Positions 46,753 through 55,802 of a stretch of 64,000 bases of DNA are shown piece after piece; the first letter of the stretch is position 1, and each line of letters opens with the position of its first letter. A program made the translations under genes and the position numbers. The stretch spans positions 891-64,890 of the forward strand of contig JAIPFR010000001.1 of NCBI GenBank assembly GCA_021736525.1. The letters run 5' to 3'. The notes under the pieces were generated by a model. It was given only the letters and a program-made list of their open reading frames with translations. It ran no database searches and was not told where the DNA came from. This DNA comes from Spirochaetia bacterium (lineage in GTDB: Bacteria; Spirochaetota; Spirochaetia; JABMQR01).

Positions 46753-47874
46753 ATGAATAATGTTATAGATTCATCCATCTTGAAGCAGCGGGTACATCCC
46801 AAAAAGGAAGATGCCAGGGGTGCCTATTTTCGGGATACAACGGCAATAATTCACTCGTATCCATTCAGGCGGCTGAAGCACAAAACCCAGGTGTTTTTTG
46901 CCCCGAGCAACGATCACATATGCACCAGAATTGAACATGTTATGCATGTAGCATCAATTGCAGCTTCAATAAGCAAGGGTTTGGGACTCGATGATGAACT
47001 AGCCTGGGCAATAGGAATGGGTCATGACCTTGGGCATACTCCGTTTGGTCATGTGGGGGAAACTATCCTGAACACACTCAACAGACAGAATGGCGGATTC
47101 ATTCACGAAGTATACTCCTTGAGAGTTGTAGATTATCTGGCAGAATACGGAAAAGGGTTAAACTTGACCTATGCCGTTCGCGACGGTATTATCAGCCATT
47201 GCGGAGAAAAATTTGAACAGTATATTCTTCCAGATCAGCGACCTAAAAATCTGGAAGCTGTCTCTGGACGTGATTCAACCCCGTCGACCTGGGAAGGCGC
47301 TGTTGTCCGGATTGCTGATAAGATAGCATATCTTGGGCGGGATTATGAAGATGCCGTAAAATTACGGGTTATAACGAACGATTCCCTTCCGGAGTCAATT
47401 AAGAGAGTTCTTGGATCTACCAATGGGGAGATAATTAACAATCTGGTGCATGATGTGATTGTCAGTTCAGGTGAATCCCGTGGAATCGGTTTTTCTGATG
47501 ATATATTCGAAGGCGTCTGCAAAATGAAAGAGCATAACTACGAAAGAATTTATAAATCACCGCTGCTTTCAGAATACCATACCTATTTCGAGCGAATCAT
47601 GCGTATTATATATGAGTATCTTGAAATGATCTTCTCCCGTAACGGCTTCAACATCATTGCCTACAAAAAGGAAAAAAACCTGCTTGCTGTACGTTTTGGT
47701 GATTATGTGATTAAAATGAGAGATTTTTACGAAAGAATAGACGGCAATTTCAGGCAGATTGTAAGTGATTATGTTGCAGGAATGAGCGATAACTATGCAC
47801 TGGACAGTATAAACGAGATTCTGCAGCCGCGATATATGGAAAATCAGTTTAACCGTTTCGAGATGGAGCGCTGA
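46753..47874 (+). CDS. dGTP triphosphohydrolase-like HD-domain protein (Dgt family)
   Basis: HD motif H...GHDLGHTPFGH, Dgt-like N-terminus HSYPFRRLKHKTQVF; RBS GAGG 7 nt upstream. Confidence 0.8.
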   Translation: MNNVIDSSILKQRVHPKKEDARGAYFRDTTAIIHSYPFRRLKHKTQVFFAPSNDHICTRIEHVMHVASIAASISKGLGLDDELAWAIGMGHDLGHTPFGHVGETILNTLNRQNGGFIHEVYSLRVVDYLAEYGKGLNLTYAVRDGIISHCGEKFEQYILPDQRPKNLEAVSGRDSTPSTWEGAVVRIADKIAYLGRDYEDAVKLRVITNDSLPESIKRVLGSTNGEIINNLVHDVIVSSGESRGIGFSDDIFEGVCKMKEHNYERIYKSPLLSEYHTYFERIMRIIYEYLEMIFSRNGFNIIAYKKEKNLLAVRFGDYVIKMRDFYERIDGNFRQIVSDYVAGMSDNYALDSINEILQPRYMENQFNRFEMER

Positions 47875-47949
47875 TAATTTTCCTATTCACGTCGTGCAGG
47901 TACTTTCTGCCGTGTTGGCCGGCCCCTCCGCCGGGATAGACCAGCAAGG

Positions 47950-48414
47950 CTATTTTCTGGGAAGTGAAAGTTTTCCGATCTCTTGAATGAACTGGCTGAC
48001 ATTGTCGAACATCCGGTAGACTGAAGCAAACCGCACATAGGCCACCGGATCCACCACGTACAATTTCTTAAGAACCAGTTCCCCGATCGCCTGTGATGAA
48101 ATTTCCCGTTTGCTCCCGGCTTGAATCATGGATTCATCTTCAACCTCATGAATGAGGTTCTCAACGGCATTCTGACTTATGTCACGTTTTTCGAGGGATG
48201 TCTGGATACCCCTTTCCAGCTTCTGCACATCAAAGGGTTCGCGTCTTCCGTCTCTTTTAATTACCATCAATGGTTTTTCTTCAATCCGTTCATAGGAAGT
48301 GTAGCGGTAATGACAGCTGAGACATTCACGTCTTCTTCTAATGGTTGTTCCGCTGGAATTCTGTCGTGACTCAAGAACTTTATCATCCATATTTCCGCAA
48401 TGGGGACAATGCAT
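47950..48414 (-). CDS. nrdR: transcriptional repressor NrdR (Zn-ribbon + ATP-cone)
   Basis: Start at ATG 48414 (GGAG upstream) gives MHCPHCGN...C..C Zn ribbon then ATP-cone; 154 aa. ORF-track N-extension is non-homologous. Confidence 0.85.
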   Translation of the reverse strand: MHCPHCGNMDDKVLESRQNSSGTTIRRRRECLSCHYRYTSYERIEEKPLMVIKRDGRREPFDVQKLERGIQTSLEKRDISQNAVENLIHEVEDESMIQAGSKREISSQAIGELVLKKLYVVDPVAYVRFASVYRMFDNVSQFIQEIGKLSLPRK

Positions 48415-48626
48415 ACATGCAACTCCAATTACAGGCAGAGTGTTTCTCATCTGCGTTCTGCTAAGCTTTTTGCTTCCGGTATCAGCAAGGCTGTATAATA
48501 ATCTTTCATATAATAGCATATTTTTTCCGACGGGTAAAAAACAATATATATGCATTTTTTAGAGTTGCAATTTTCCTTGAAATGAAACTATAATAACAAA
48601 AAGTTTTTATAATAACAGGATTGTGT

Positions 48627-49274
48627 ATGGAATCTATCAGCAGCATTGTAAAGAAGCTTATTGACGTTAAACCCTTTATCCATGAGTCTATTATCCGCGG
48701 AATAGTAAGTTATGCCAATCTTGCTGATATTCTTATTCCCGACATAACCAAACTTTATGGAGCTGAAGTTAAGCAGTCTGCTGTGGTAATGGCCCTCAGG
48801 CGACATGCTGATGAGCTCAGGAAAAATGAAAGCAGCATTGCTGAAAAAAGCATCGAGTATGAACTGACAATAAAAACAAATATTCTCGATGTGAATATTG
48901 AAAAGCGGGAGTCAGCTTTCAGCAAGCTGATGCGTCTTCATCAGATTGTATCGATGGAAAAAGGTGATTTTCTTAATATAACCATTGGCTCAAATGAAAT
49001 CGGGATAGCAGTAAGTCAGAAATATCAGGCAGAACTGGACTTGATTCTTGCAGGAGAGATAGTGCTGCACCAGAAAACAGACCTGGTTGCGGTATCAGTT
49101 CTGTTTACCGGTGATTTTCTTGATACACCGGGGGTAATTTATGAAGCGGTGAGAAAACTCGCATGGGAGCACATAAACGTTCTTGAGATTGTGACAACCA
49201 TGAACGAATTGACCTTTGTAATTAATCGTGAAGATTCTTCACAGGCTTATGAGGCTCTCCAGAGATTTCTATAA
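48627..49274 (+). CDS. stand-alone ACT-domain protein (aspartokinase regulatory-domain-like)
   Basis: C-terminal half (DLVAVSVLFTGDFLDTPGVIYEAVRKLAWEHINVLEIVTTMNELTFVI) fits the ACT beta-alpha-beta-beta-alpha-beta pattern. ATG 48627 has AGGA upstream. Confidence 0.45.
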   Translation: MESISSIVKKLIDVKPFIHESIIRGIVSYANLADILIPDITKLYGAEVKQSAVVMALRRHADELRKNESSIAEKSIEYELTIKTNILDVNIEKRESAFSKLMRLHQIVSMEKGDFLNITIGSNEIGIAVSQKYQAELDLILAGEIVLHQKTDLVAVSVLFTGDFLDTPGVIYEAVRKLAWEHINVLEIVTTMNELTFVINREDSSQAYEALQRFL

Positions 49275-49319
49275 TTCGAAAACTGCGCGATTTTTATATA
49301 ACGAATATCTGCTCATTGA

Positions 49320-49505
49320 TCAGGAAAGAGGTGATATGGTAACTTTTATGGAAGCTGCTTCCAGACCGTCCTCGGTTTTTTTTAATGTCTTAAGCAGGGC
49401 TAAAGTTATTTCAGAGAAAACATCCTGGACATATGGATTCAAAGGGATTTTTTTTTCATCCACCTCAACGATAACTGTTCGTTTTTGTTCTCTTTTTGAC
49501 GACAT
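49320..49505 (-). CDS. hypothetical 61-aa protein
   Basis: ATG at 49505 preceded by GGAGG with 5-nt spacer. Translation MSSKREQKRTVIVEVDEKKIPLNPYVQDVFSEITLALLKTLKKTEDGLEAASIKVTISPLS, balanced composition. Confidence 0.4.
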   Translation of the reverse strand: MSSKREQKRTVIVEVDEKKIPLNPYVQDVFSEITLALLKTLKKTEDGLEAASIKVTISPLS

Positions 49506-49620
49506 GATAACCTCCGGATGCATTTTTGTTAAAAAAACCGTTTCAGAATCAGCTTGAACCGAAACTTTCTCTATGGATTTCAGCGTATACAGCATAAAAC
49601 ATTTTCAGCAGGATTGCAGT

Positions 49621-50175
49621 ATGAATTGTAAAAATATTTACATTATCAGCGGAGACAGAGGCAGTGGAAAAACAACTCTTACAGAGAAATTCATTTCCAT
49701 TCTCCAACATAACGGCATAAAAGTCGGCGGTATTATCACACGATCGGCACCAACTGAAAGGTATGTGATGAAGGATTCTTATGATGCCGTCGATATACTG
49801 ACCGGTGAGCAGCATCCGCTTCTTACTGCTGCAGCAGGAGCTGAGCGAATTAAGTCGTTTGGACGCTTTATTCTGCATGAGGATACTTTTTCCTGGGCTG
49901 CTTCACGGATAGAAGAAGCTATTGACACCTGCGGAGCGATCATCATAGATGAACTTGGTCCCCTGGAAATTAAAAGGGAAGGGTATTACCATATTGCAAA
50001 AAAGGTAGTCAGCAGGTATAAAGGTCTCATTCTGTTCGTAGTCCGCTCCGGTCTGGTGGATCAAATCACAAAGATTTCTGAATGTGATCCGCAGAAAATC
50101 GTTCAGTTAAATGCAGGAACTGATGAAGCGGATATTTTACAAAGATTTGCATACGAGGTTTTCGAAAATGAATGA
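49621..50175 (+). CDS. THEP1-like nucleoside-triphosphatase (NTPase_1 / P-loop)
   Basis: ATG 49621 with AGGA upstream. IYIISGDRGSGKTTLTEKF Walker A and GGIITRS...R motif as in Aquifex THEP1-family NTPases. Stop overlaps yhhQ start (ATGAATGA). Confidence 0.6.
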   Translation: MNCKNIYIISGDRGSGKTTLTEKFISILQHNGIKVGGIITRSAPTERYVMKDSYDAVDILTGEQHPLLTAAAGAERIKSFGRFILHEDTFSWAASRIEEAIDTCGAIIIDELGPLEIKREGYYHIAKKVVSRYKGLILFVVRSGLVDQITKISECDPQKIVQLNAGTDEADILQRFAYEVFENE

Positions 50176-50851
50176 GCTTCTCTGGGTGGTAATGCTCCTG
50201 ATAAATTTTGCTGCAATTATGATCAGCTATCGCTTTTGGGGGAAAATCGGTCTTTTTCTCTGGATACCGATATCAGTTATCATTGCCAACATACAGGTAA
50301 CAAAAACCATAGAATTATTCGGAATCGAGGCAACACTTGGGAACATCGTGTATGCAACAAGCTTTCTGGCAACAGATATTCTCAATGAGAACTATTCCAG
50401 ACGTGATGCTGCACGTGCTGTCGGCATGGGTTTTTTTGCATTGCTGTTTATGACAGCAGCTATGAATCTTGCCGTCTGGTTCATTCCTGCTGAATCCGAC
50501 TTTGTTCATGACAGCATGAAAAACTTATTCAGTTTGATGCCGAGAATAGCCGTCGGAAGCCTTGCCGCTTACGGTATTTCCCAGATGCACGATATCTGGG
50601 CTTACAGCTTCTGGAAAAAACGAAAACCGGAAAAAAAGTTCATTTGGATAAGGAATAATGCCAGCACGATGATCAGCCAGCTTATTGACACGATCATATT
50701 TACTTCAATTGCCTTCATCGGGGTATTCCCGCTCAATGTCCTGGTACAGATTGCCGCGTCAACCTATCTGCTCAAATGGCTGGTAGCTGCGGCCGATACC
50801 CCCTTTATCTATCTGGCTAAACGGATGAAGGATAAGGGGATTGTTCCGTAG
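50168..50851 (+). CDS. yhhQ: queuosine-precursor transporter YhhQ (DUF165/VUT family)
   Basis: 6-TM protein; motifs YRFWGKIG, ATSFLATDILNENY, ISQLIDTIIFTSIAFIG characteristic of YhhQ/QPTR. Confidence 0.7.
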   Translation: MNELLWVVMLLINFAAIMISYRFWGKIGLFLWIPISVIIANIQVTKTIELFGIEATLGNIVYATSFLATDILNENYSRRDAARAVGMGFFALLFMTAAMNLAVWFIPAESDFVHDSMKNLFSLMPRIAVGSLAAYGISQMHDIWAYSFWKKRKPEKKFIWIRNNASTMISQLIDTIIFTSIAFIGVFPLNVLVQIAASTYLLKWLVAAADTPFIYLAKRMKDKGIVP

Positions 50852-51674
50852 CTGGTACTGTTGCGGGCGAAAACGTTTCTCTCACAGCCTTGCAATTGGC
50901 TGAACTGCCAGCTATGAGAATATCCGCAGTTTCCGTACCGTTCAGCAGAGCGGTACTGCAGGAAAAAGGGACTCCCTCAAAATCAGACAACTCCATTCCG
51001 GCAAAAGACAAAATACTGTGGGCGGCTGCAATATCCCAGATGAATCCGCCGGTACAAATTGAGGCGTCAATGTCTTCGTGGATAACCGGGGAGAGCAAAT
51101 GCAGTATGCTGCTTCCAAAATTCCGGCACTTCCCGGAAAACCTTCTAAGATCCAAAGCTTTGTGGATTTTTGAGCTTATAACTATCTGACGCAGAGGAGA
51201 TTTTGAAAAATCTTTGCGGGGTTCAAACTGAATTCCGTTAACTGTCATAATTTGAGGATGCCCGGGATCAAGTCTGACAAATAATCCGGTACGTACATCA
51301 GGTCCCCAGCGTGGTGCATAGACCATTGCTCCAACCGGGTTACCGGTCTTATCGAGAATTCCCAGGGCAACGCACCAGGCCGGCATTCCCTGACTGTAGA
51401 CATCGGTACCGTCAACAGGATCGAGAATAAAATACAATTCCGGGGTTGAAGCGGAGTCGCATTCCGGCATCCTCAACCCTGACTCCTCCGACAAAACAGC
51501 AGCTTCAGGAAACAGGCGACTGATTTCCCTCACAAGCAAACGATCAATATATAAGTCGGTTTCAGTGAGCACCGACCCGTCCTTCTTGTAGTTCCGGCAG
51601 ATTCCTGACTGCCTGTCAGCAGCATAATCTCCGCATTTTCGGATCATGCGGCTCAATTCTTCATATCGAATCAT
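50817..51674 (-). CDS. inositol monophosphatase family protein (IMPase/CysQ-like)
   Basis: FILDPVDGTDVY metal-binding motif and WDIAAAHSIL motif of the FIG/IMPase superfamily. Confidence 0.75.
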   Translation of the reverse strand: MIRYEELSRMIRKCGDYAADRQSGICRNYKKDGSVLTETDLYIDRLLVREISRLFPEAAVLSEESGLRMPECDSASTPELYFILDPVDGTDVYSQGMPAWCVALGILDKTGNPVGAMVYAPRWGPDVRTGLFVRLDPGHPQIMTVNGIQFEPRKDFSKSPLRQIVISSKIHKALDLRRFSGKCRNFGSSILHLLSPVIHEDIDASICTGGFIWDIAAAHSILSFAGMELSDFEGVPFSCSTALLNGTETADILIAGSSANCKAVRETFSPATVPATEQSPYPSSV

Positions 51675-51714
51675 ATTGATTACTGACTTCCTCTATGATA
51701 GGTTTACGGTGAAT

Positions 51715-54700
51715 ATGATAACAGCATTGGAAAATAAATTATATAGATACATACGACACAGTGATTTTTATAAAGCCTTTCTCGCACGGGGTATGAAAAC
51801 CGTCCACGCAGAAGGCATTGAGGGATTTCTGTTTGCTTTTTTTGTTAAAATGGCTTCAGCCTCAGTAAAAAAAAAGACCTGGGTGATACTTCCTACAGAA
51901 GAGGATGTTCTGAACCTTCTCAAAAACCTTGATGTGCTTGACTGCAGAACTGTACGTATAGAATCTACTGGTCTCAGTCTTTATGCCGAAGAATCCTTCA
52001 GCGAAGCTTTTTTCAAGCGTATTCAGACCTTTGCCCAAATAGCAGCGGGAAAAGAGGGAGTCAGAGTTGCTTCTCTTCGGGCTTTTTCGACCGCCGTCCC
52101 ATCCCCTGAAATGCTGAAAGAAGCCAGGAAAACTCTGGTCGTGGGACAAAATATCGATACGACACTACTATCGGAAACATTAGCTGACAGCGGATTTCTA
52201 CGGGTCCCCGGTACAACGATGCCGGGAGAATTTTCAATTCGCGGAGAAGTAGTCGATATTTTCCCCTATGAAGCAGAGTTTCCTTTCAGATTATATATAG
52301 CATGGGAAATAATAGAAAAAATCAGCAATTATGATCCTCTTGGACAGGAAACCTTCAACACCATACCGGAATTCACCTTTTCTCTTGCTAAGTCCGGTGA
52401 GAAAAAAATGGGCTTTATTGATTCCTATATAGACTCAGAAGATGTAATTATCCTGTTCGGAGAACAGAGACTGGCTGCAACCTATGAGTCCTTCAGAATG
52501 GAAGCGCAGAAGCTTTTCCGTGAAGCTTACAATGCAGACAAAAACTGCAAGAGACCCGACGAAATGCTTTTCCCTTATGATTATTATGAGAGTAATCATA
52601 AAAACTGCATCATAATAGATGATATCAGGGGTCAGCATAGCGATGCAGTTACATTGAGTACAGTCGGGCCACGTTCCTATTTCGGCAACTTGACCTATTT
52701 TCAGAACGAAATCGCCGCCCTCAAGGAAGAGAACTATCGGATTATACTATTTGCCGGTACCGTCAGTCAGAAACAGCGGCTGGAAATGATACTCAGGGAT
52801 GATGAAATCGAAATCATCCCCCGTGAAATATCTGAAGGATTTTCCATACCTGAAGAACGCCTGATCGCAGTTTGTGACCATGAGATTTTCGGAAGGCGCA
52901 GAAAGTCACTTAAAGCGCTGCATCATACAAAAACATCTCCGCTCGACACCTTCGTCGATCTTGAGCCTGGCGATTTTGTGGTTCATATCAATTATGGAAT
53001 TGGTATTTTCCGGAAAATCGATCGGATAAAAGCTTTGGGAAAAGAGCGGGACTACATTCAAATAGAATATGCAGAGCATGAAAATGTATTTATTCCCATT
53101 GAACAGGCAAATCTTGTCCAGCGATTTATCGGGAAAGACGGGACTGCTCCTAAACTAGATAAAATCGGCGGCACCTCCTGGGAAACGAAAAAGCGACGGG
53201 CACGGAAAAATGCTGAAGATCTGGCAGATAGACTGATAAAGCTGTATGCCCGGAGAAAGCAGGCTTTTGGAACAGCTGTACCCAAAGACAGCGACTGGCA
53301 GCTGCAGTTCGAGGCGATGTTCCCCTTTGAAGAGACAGAAGATCAGATAACCTGTATGCAGGACATAAAAGAAGATATGGAAAAGCCGATTGTCATGGAT
53401 CGTCTCATCTGCGGTGACGTGGGCTATGGGAAAACGGAATTGGCAATTCGGGCGGCATTTAAAGCTGTTATGTCCGGTAAACAAGTAGCATTTCTTGCTC
53501 CAACCACCATCCTTGCCGAACAGCATTATGATACGGTTGTACAGAGGGTGGAACCATTCCCTCTTCGCATTAAAATGCTTTCCAGATTGGTCAGCCCGAA
53601 AGAACAGCGGAAATCACTGAAAATGCTGGCTCAGGGGGAGATAGATATACTGATAGGTACTCACCGGATAATCCAGAAAGATGTCATATATAAGGATCTC
53701 GGGCTGCTTATTGTAGATGAGGAACAGCGTTTCGGGGTTAAAGATAAAGAAAAAATAAAGGAATTAAAGGCTTCAGTTGATAGTTTAGCCCTCTCAGCTA
53801 CCCCCATCCCCCGAACACTGTATATGTCCCTGCTGAAAATAAGAGACATGTCCCTGCTTACCACACCCCCGATTCAAAGGCGTGCTATTCAGACAATAAT
53901 CCGTGAATATGATGAGCCTCTTGTTCGAACTGCAATCCTTCAGGAAGCGGAAAGAGGAGGACAGGTTTTTTATCTGCATAATCGGATTGAAACCCTGGAT
54001 AAAGTAGTTTCATCGTTAAAAAACCTCGTCCCGGAAGTCAGTATAGATTTTGCTCACGGACAGATGGATCCTGAGCAGCTTGAAGATAAAATGCGGCTTT
54101 TTGTACACAATGGTTTCCAGGTATTAGTGGCTACAACCATTATCGAAAATGGAATCGATATACCCAACGTAAATACCATTATTATCGATCGAGCAGATCG
54201 CTACGGAGTCAGTCAGCTGTATCAGCTGCGCGGAAGGGTAGGACGCTCAGATCGGGATGCATACGCATACCTCCTCTATCCCAACAGAAAGGCTCTTTCT
54301 GAAATTGCCATGAAAAGACTCAAAATTTTATCTGAACACACGGAATTGGGTTCCGGCTTCAAAATTGCCATGAAGGATATGGAAATGCGCGGAACCGGAA
54401 ATCTGCTGGGCCGTGAACAGAGCGGACAAATGCAGGCTGTCGGGCTGGATATGTATTTGCGAATACTTGATGAAGAAATCAGCAAATTGTCAAAAACTGA
54501 TGAGCTTTCACGAAAAGATGTTTTTCTGGATCTGGACTATTCCGGTTATATCCCCGATTTTTATATTGAAGATGCAAGTACGAAATTTGAGATTTACCGG
54601 AAAATTGCCGGTATAACAAAAGACATACAAATACAGCAGCTTACCTCAGAGCTTGAGGACAGGTTTGGTCCAGTTCCATCTGATGTGCAGAGTCTGCTCT

Positions 54701-54954
54701 ATATTGCCGAGCTGAAAGTATTGTGCCGTAAGCTTGATATTTACCATTTGCAGGAATTACGGGGAACCGTACGGGTTGAGTTTTCAAAAATAACCAGCAT
54801 TTCTGTAGATCGGTTAGTCGATATGATCAGGGAAAGCACCGGAGCGGTATCCATTGACCAGAAAAAACCCAATGTTGTTATCATGAAAACCGAAGCTGTA
54901 TCCCTGAAAGACAAAAGTCTTTTTATGCTTGAAAAGCTTCAGCGACTATTGTAA
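51715..54954 (+). CDS. mfd: transcription-repair coupling factor
   Basis: UvrB-homology N-region, RNAP-interacting domain, SF2 translocase with GDVGYGKTELAIRAA Walker A and DEEQRFGV, TRG motif region, C-terminal D7. Start (51715 vs 51646) uncertain. Confidence 0.9.
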   Translation: MITALENKLYRYIRHSDFYKAFLARGMKTVHAEGIEGFLFAFFVKMASASVKKKTWVILPTEEDVLNLLKNLDVLDCRTVRIESTGLSLYAEESFSEAFFKRIQTFAQIAAGKEGVRVASLRAFSTAVPSPEMLKEARKTLVVGQNIDTTLLSETLADSGFLRVPGTTMPGEFSIRGEVVDIFPYEAEFPFRLYIAWEIIEKISNYDPLGQETFNTIPEFTFSLAKSGEKKMGFIDSYIDSEDVIILFGEQRLAATYESFRMEAQKLFREAYNADKNCKRPDEMLFPYDYYESNHKNCIIIDDIRGQHSDAVTLSTVGPRSYFGNLTYFQNEIAALKEENYRIILFAGTVSQKQRLEMILRDDEIEIIPREISEGFSIPEERLIAVCDHEIFGRRRKSLKALHHTKTSPLDTFVDLEPGDFVVHINYGIGIFRKIDRIKALGKERDYIQIEYAEHENVFIPIEQANLVQRFIGKDGTAPKLDKIGGTSWETKKRRARKNAEDLADRLIKLYARRKQAFGTAVPKDSDWQLQFEAMFPFEETEDQITCMQDIKEDMEKPIVMDRLICGDVGYGKTELAIRAAFKAVMSGKQVAFLAPTTILAEQHYDTVVQRVEPFPLRIKMLSRLVSPKEQRKSLKMLAQGEIDILIGTHRIIQKDVIYKDLGLLIVDEEQRFGVKDKEKIKELKASVDSLALSATPIPRTLYMSLLKIRDMSLLTTPPIQRRAIQTIIREYDEPLVRTAILQEAERGGQVFYLHNRIETLDKVVSSLKNLVPEVSIDFAHGQMDPEQLEDKMRLFVHNGFQVLVATTIIENGIDIPNVNTIIIDRADRYGVSQLYQLRGRVGRSDRDAYAYLLYPNRKALSEIAMKRLKILSEHTELGSGFKIAMKDMEMRGTGNLLGREQSGQMQAVGLDMYLRILDEEISKLSKTDELSRKDVFLDLDYSGYIPDFYIEDASTKFEIYRKIAGITKDIQIQQLTSELEDRFGPVPSDVQSLLYIAELKVLCRKLDIYHLQELRGTVRVEFSKITSISVDRLVDMIRESTGAVSIDQKKPNVVIMKTEAVSLKDKSLFMLEKLQRLL

Positions 54955-54996
54955 ATTGCGAATAATTAAAAAAATACGACAGGGGATGTACAATAC

Positions 54997-55719
54997 GTGA
55001 AGGACCTTGATAAGCGGGTGATTCTCGAGGAAAAGGACGGCAAGTCAATCAGAAGTTTTGTCCTGCGCGGCGGGCGCCTGACTAATTTGCAGGAACGGGC
55101 CCTGCAGAACTATTATGACGATTATGTCATAGAATTCAGCCGGAATATCTTGGACTTTGAAAAAATTTTCGAAAATAAGAATCCAGTAATAATAGAAATC
55201 GGTTTTGGAATGGGAGAATCAACAGCAGAGATTGCGGCGAAATTTCCGGATAATAACTACCTGGGCATTGAGGTTTTTCTTGCCGGTGTGGGAAGACTGC
55301 TTCATGACATTCACGATCGAGGTCTGAAGAATCTGCGGATTATCCGCTTCAATGCGGTTGATGTATTGCAGGAGATGATCTCCGGTCAGTCTGTCGCTGG
55401 ATTTCATATTTTCTTCCCTGATCCCTGGCCGAAAAAGAAGCATCATAAAAGAAGACTGCTCCAGGCGGAGTTCTTCAAGCTTTTGAGCCGGAAGCTGAAG
55501 CCGGAAGGATATATCTATTGTGTGACCGACTGGACCCCTTATGCAGAATGGATAATTGATGAAGCCCGAAAAGTTTCAGAATTAGTCAACAGTTCAGAAA
55601 ACGGGTATTGCAAACCGGTATCCTGGCGTCCTATAACAAAATTTGAATCGAAAGGAATAACAAAGAAACATTCAATTCACGAAATATGGCTCGAAATATC
55701 AGGTATTCCTCGGCCATGA
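54997..55719 (+). CDS. trmB: tRNA (guanine46-N7)-methyltransferase
   Basis: SAM-MTase motifs EIGFGMGE and LGIEV; 240 aa; GTG start. Confidence 0.75.
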   Translation: MKDLDKRVILEEKDGKSIRSFVLRGGRLTNLQERALQNYYDDYVIEFSRNILDFEKIFENKNPVIIEIGFGMGESTAEIAAKFPDNNYLGIEVFLAGVGRLLHDIHDRGLKNLRIIRFNAVDVLQEMISGQSVAGFHIFFPDPWPKKKHHKRRLLQAEFFKLLSRKLKPEGYIYCVTDWTPYAEWIIDEARKVSELVNSSENGYCKPVSWRPITKFESKGITKKHSIHEIWLEISGIPRP

Positions 55720-55720
55720 A

Positions 55721-55752
55721 AAAAGCCCCGGAGTGTTCCCCCCGGGGCTTGA
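55721..55752. terminator. bidirectional GC-rich hairpin between trmB and the EF-G paralog
   Basis: GCCCCGG-10 nt loop-CCGGGGC. Flanked by AAAAA on plus (T-run on minus), so strongest as minus-strand terminator for the EF-G paralog. Confidence 0.55.
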
Positions 55753-55802
55753 AACTGTAAATTTGATCGAATTATCAACTCCTGCTTCCTGCAATGGCAG
55801 CT

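Noticed and set aside
9898-48555. N-terminal extensions in ORF-track models of serS, proC, metG, nrdR, maf, yggS, the THEP1-like NTPase, yhhQ and the amidase
   Set aside because: The extensions lack homology to the respective families. Internal starts with good RBS reproduce canonical N-termini, so the longer forms come from taking the most upstream in-frame start.
49228-49557. 109-aa plus-strand ORF between the ACT-protein and NTPase genes
   Set aside because: Translation is F/S-rich and low complexity (FFSSTSTITVRFCSLF). The opposite strand carries a 61-aa ORF with a near-perfect RBS.
49506-49620. Possible preQ1 riboswitch upstream of the NTPase-yhhQ pair
   Set aside because: No preQ1-I/II-like small hairpin with A-rich tail was found, only a generic GTTTC/GAAAC 5-bp hairpin. 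yhhQ is translationally coupled to the upstream gene, so its control is not at its own 5' end.
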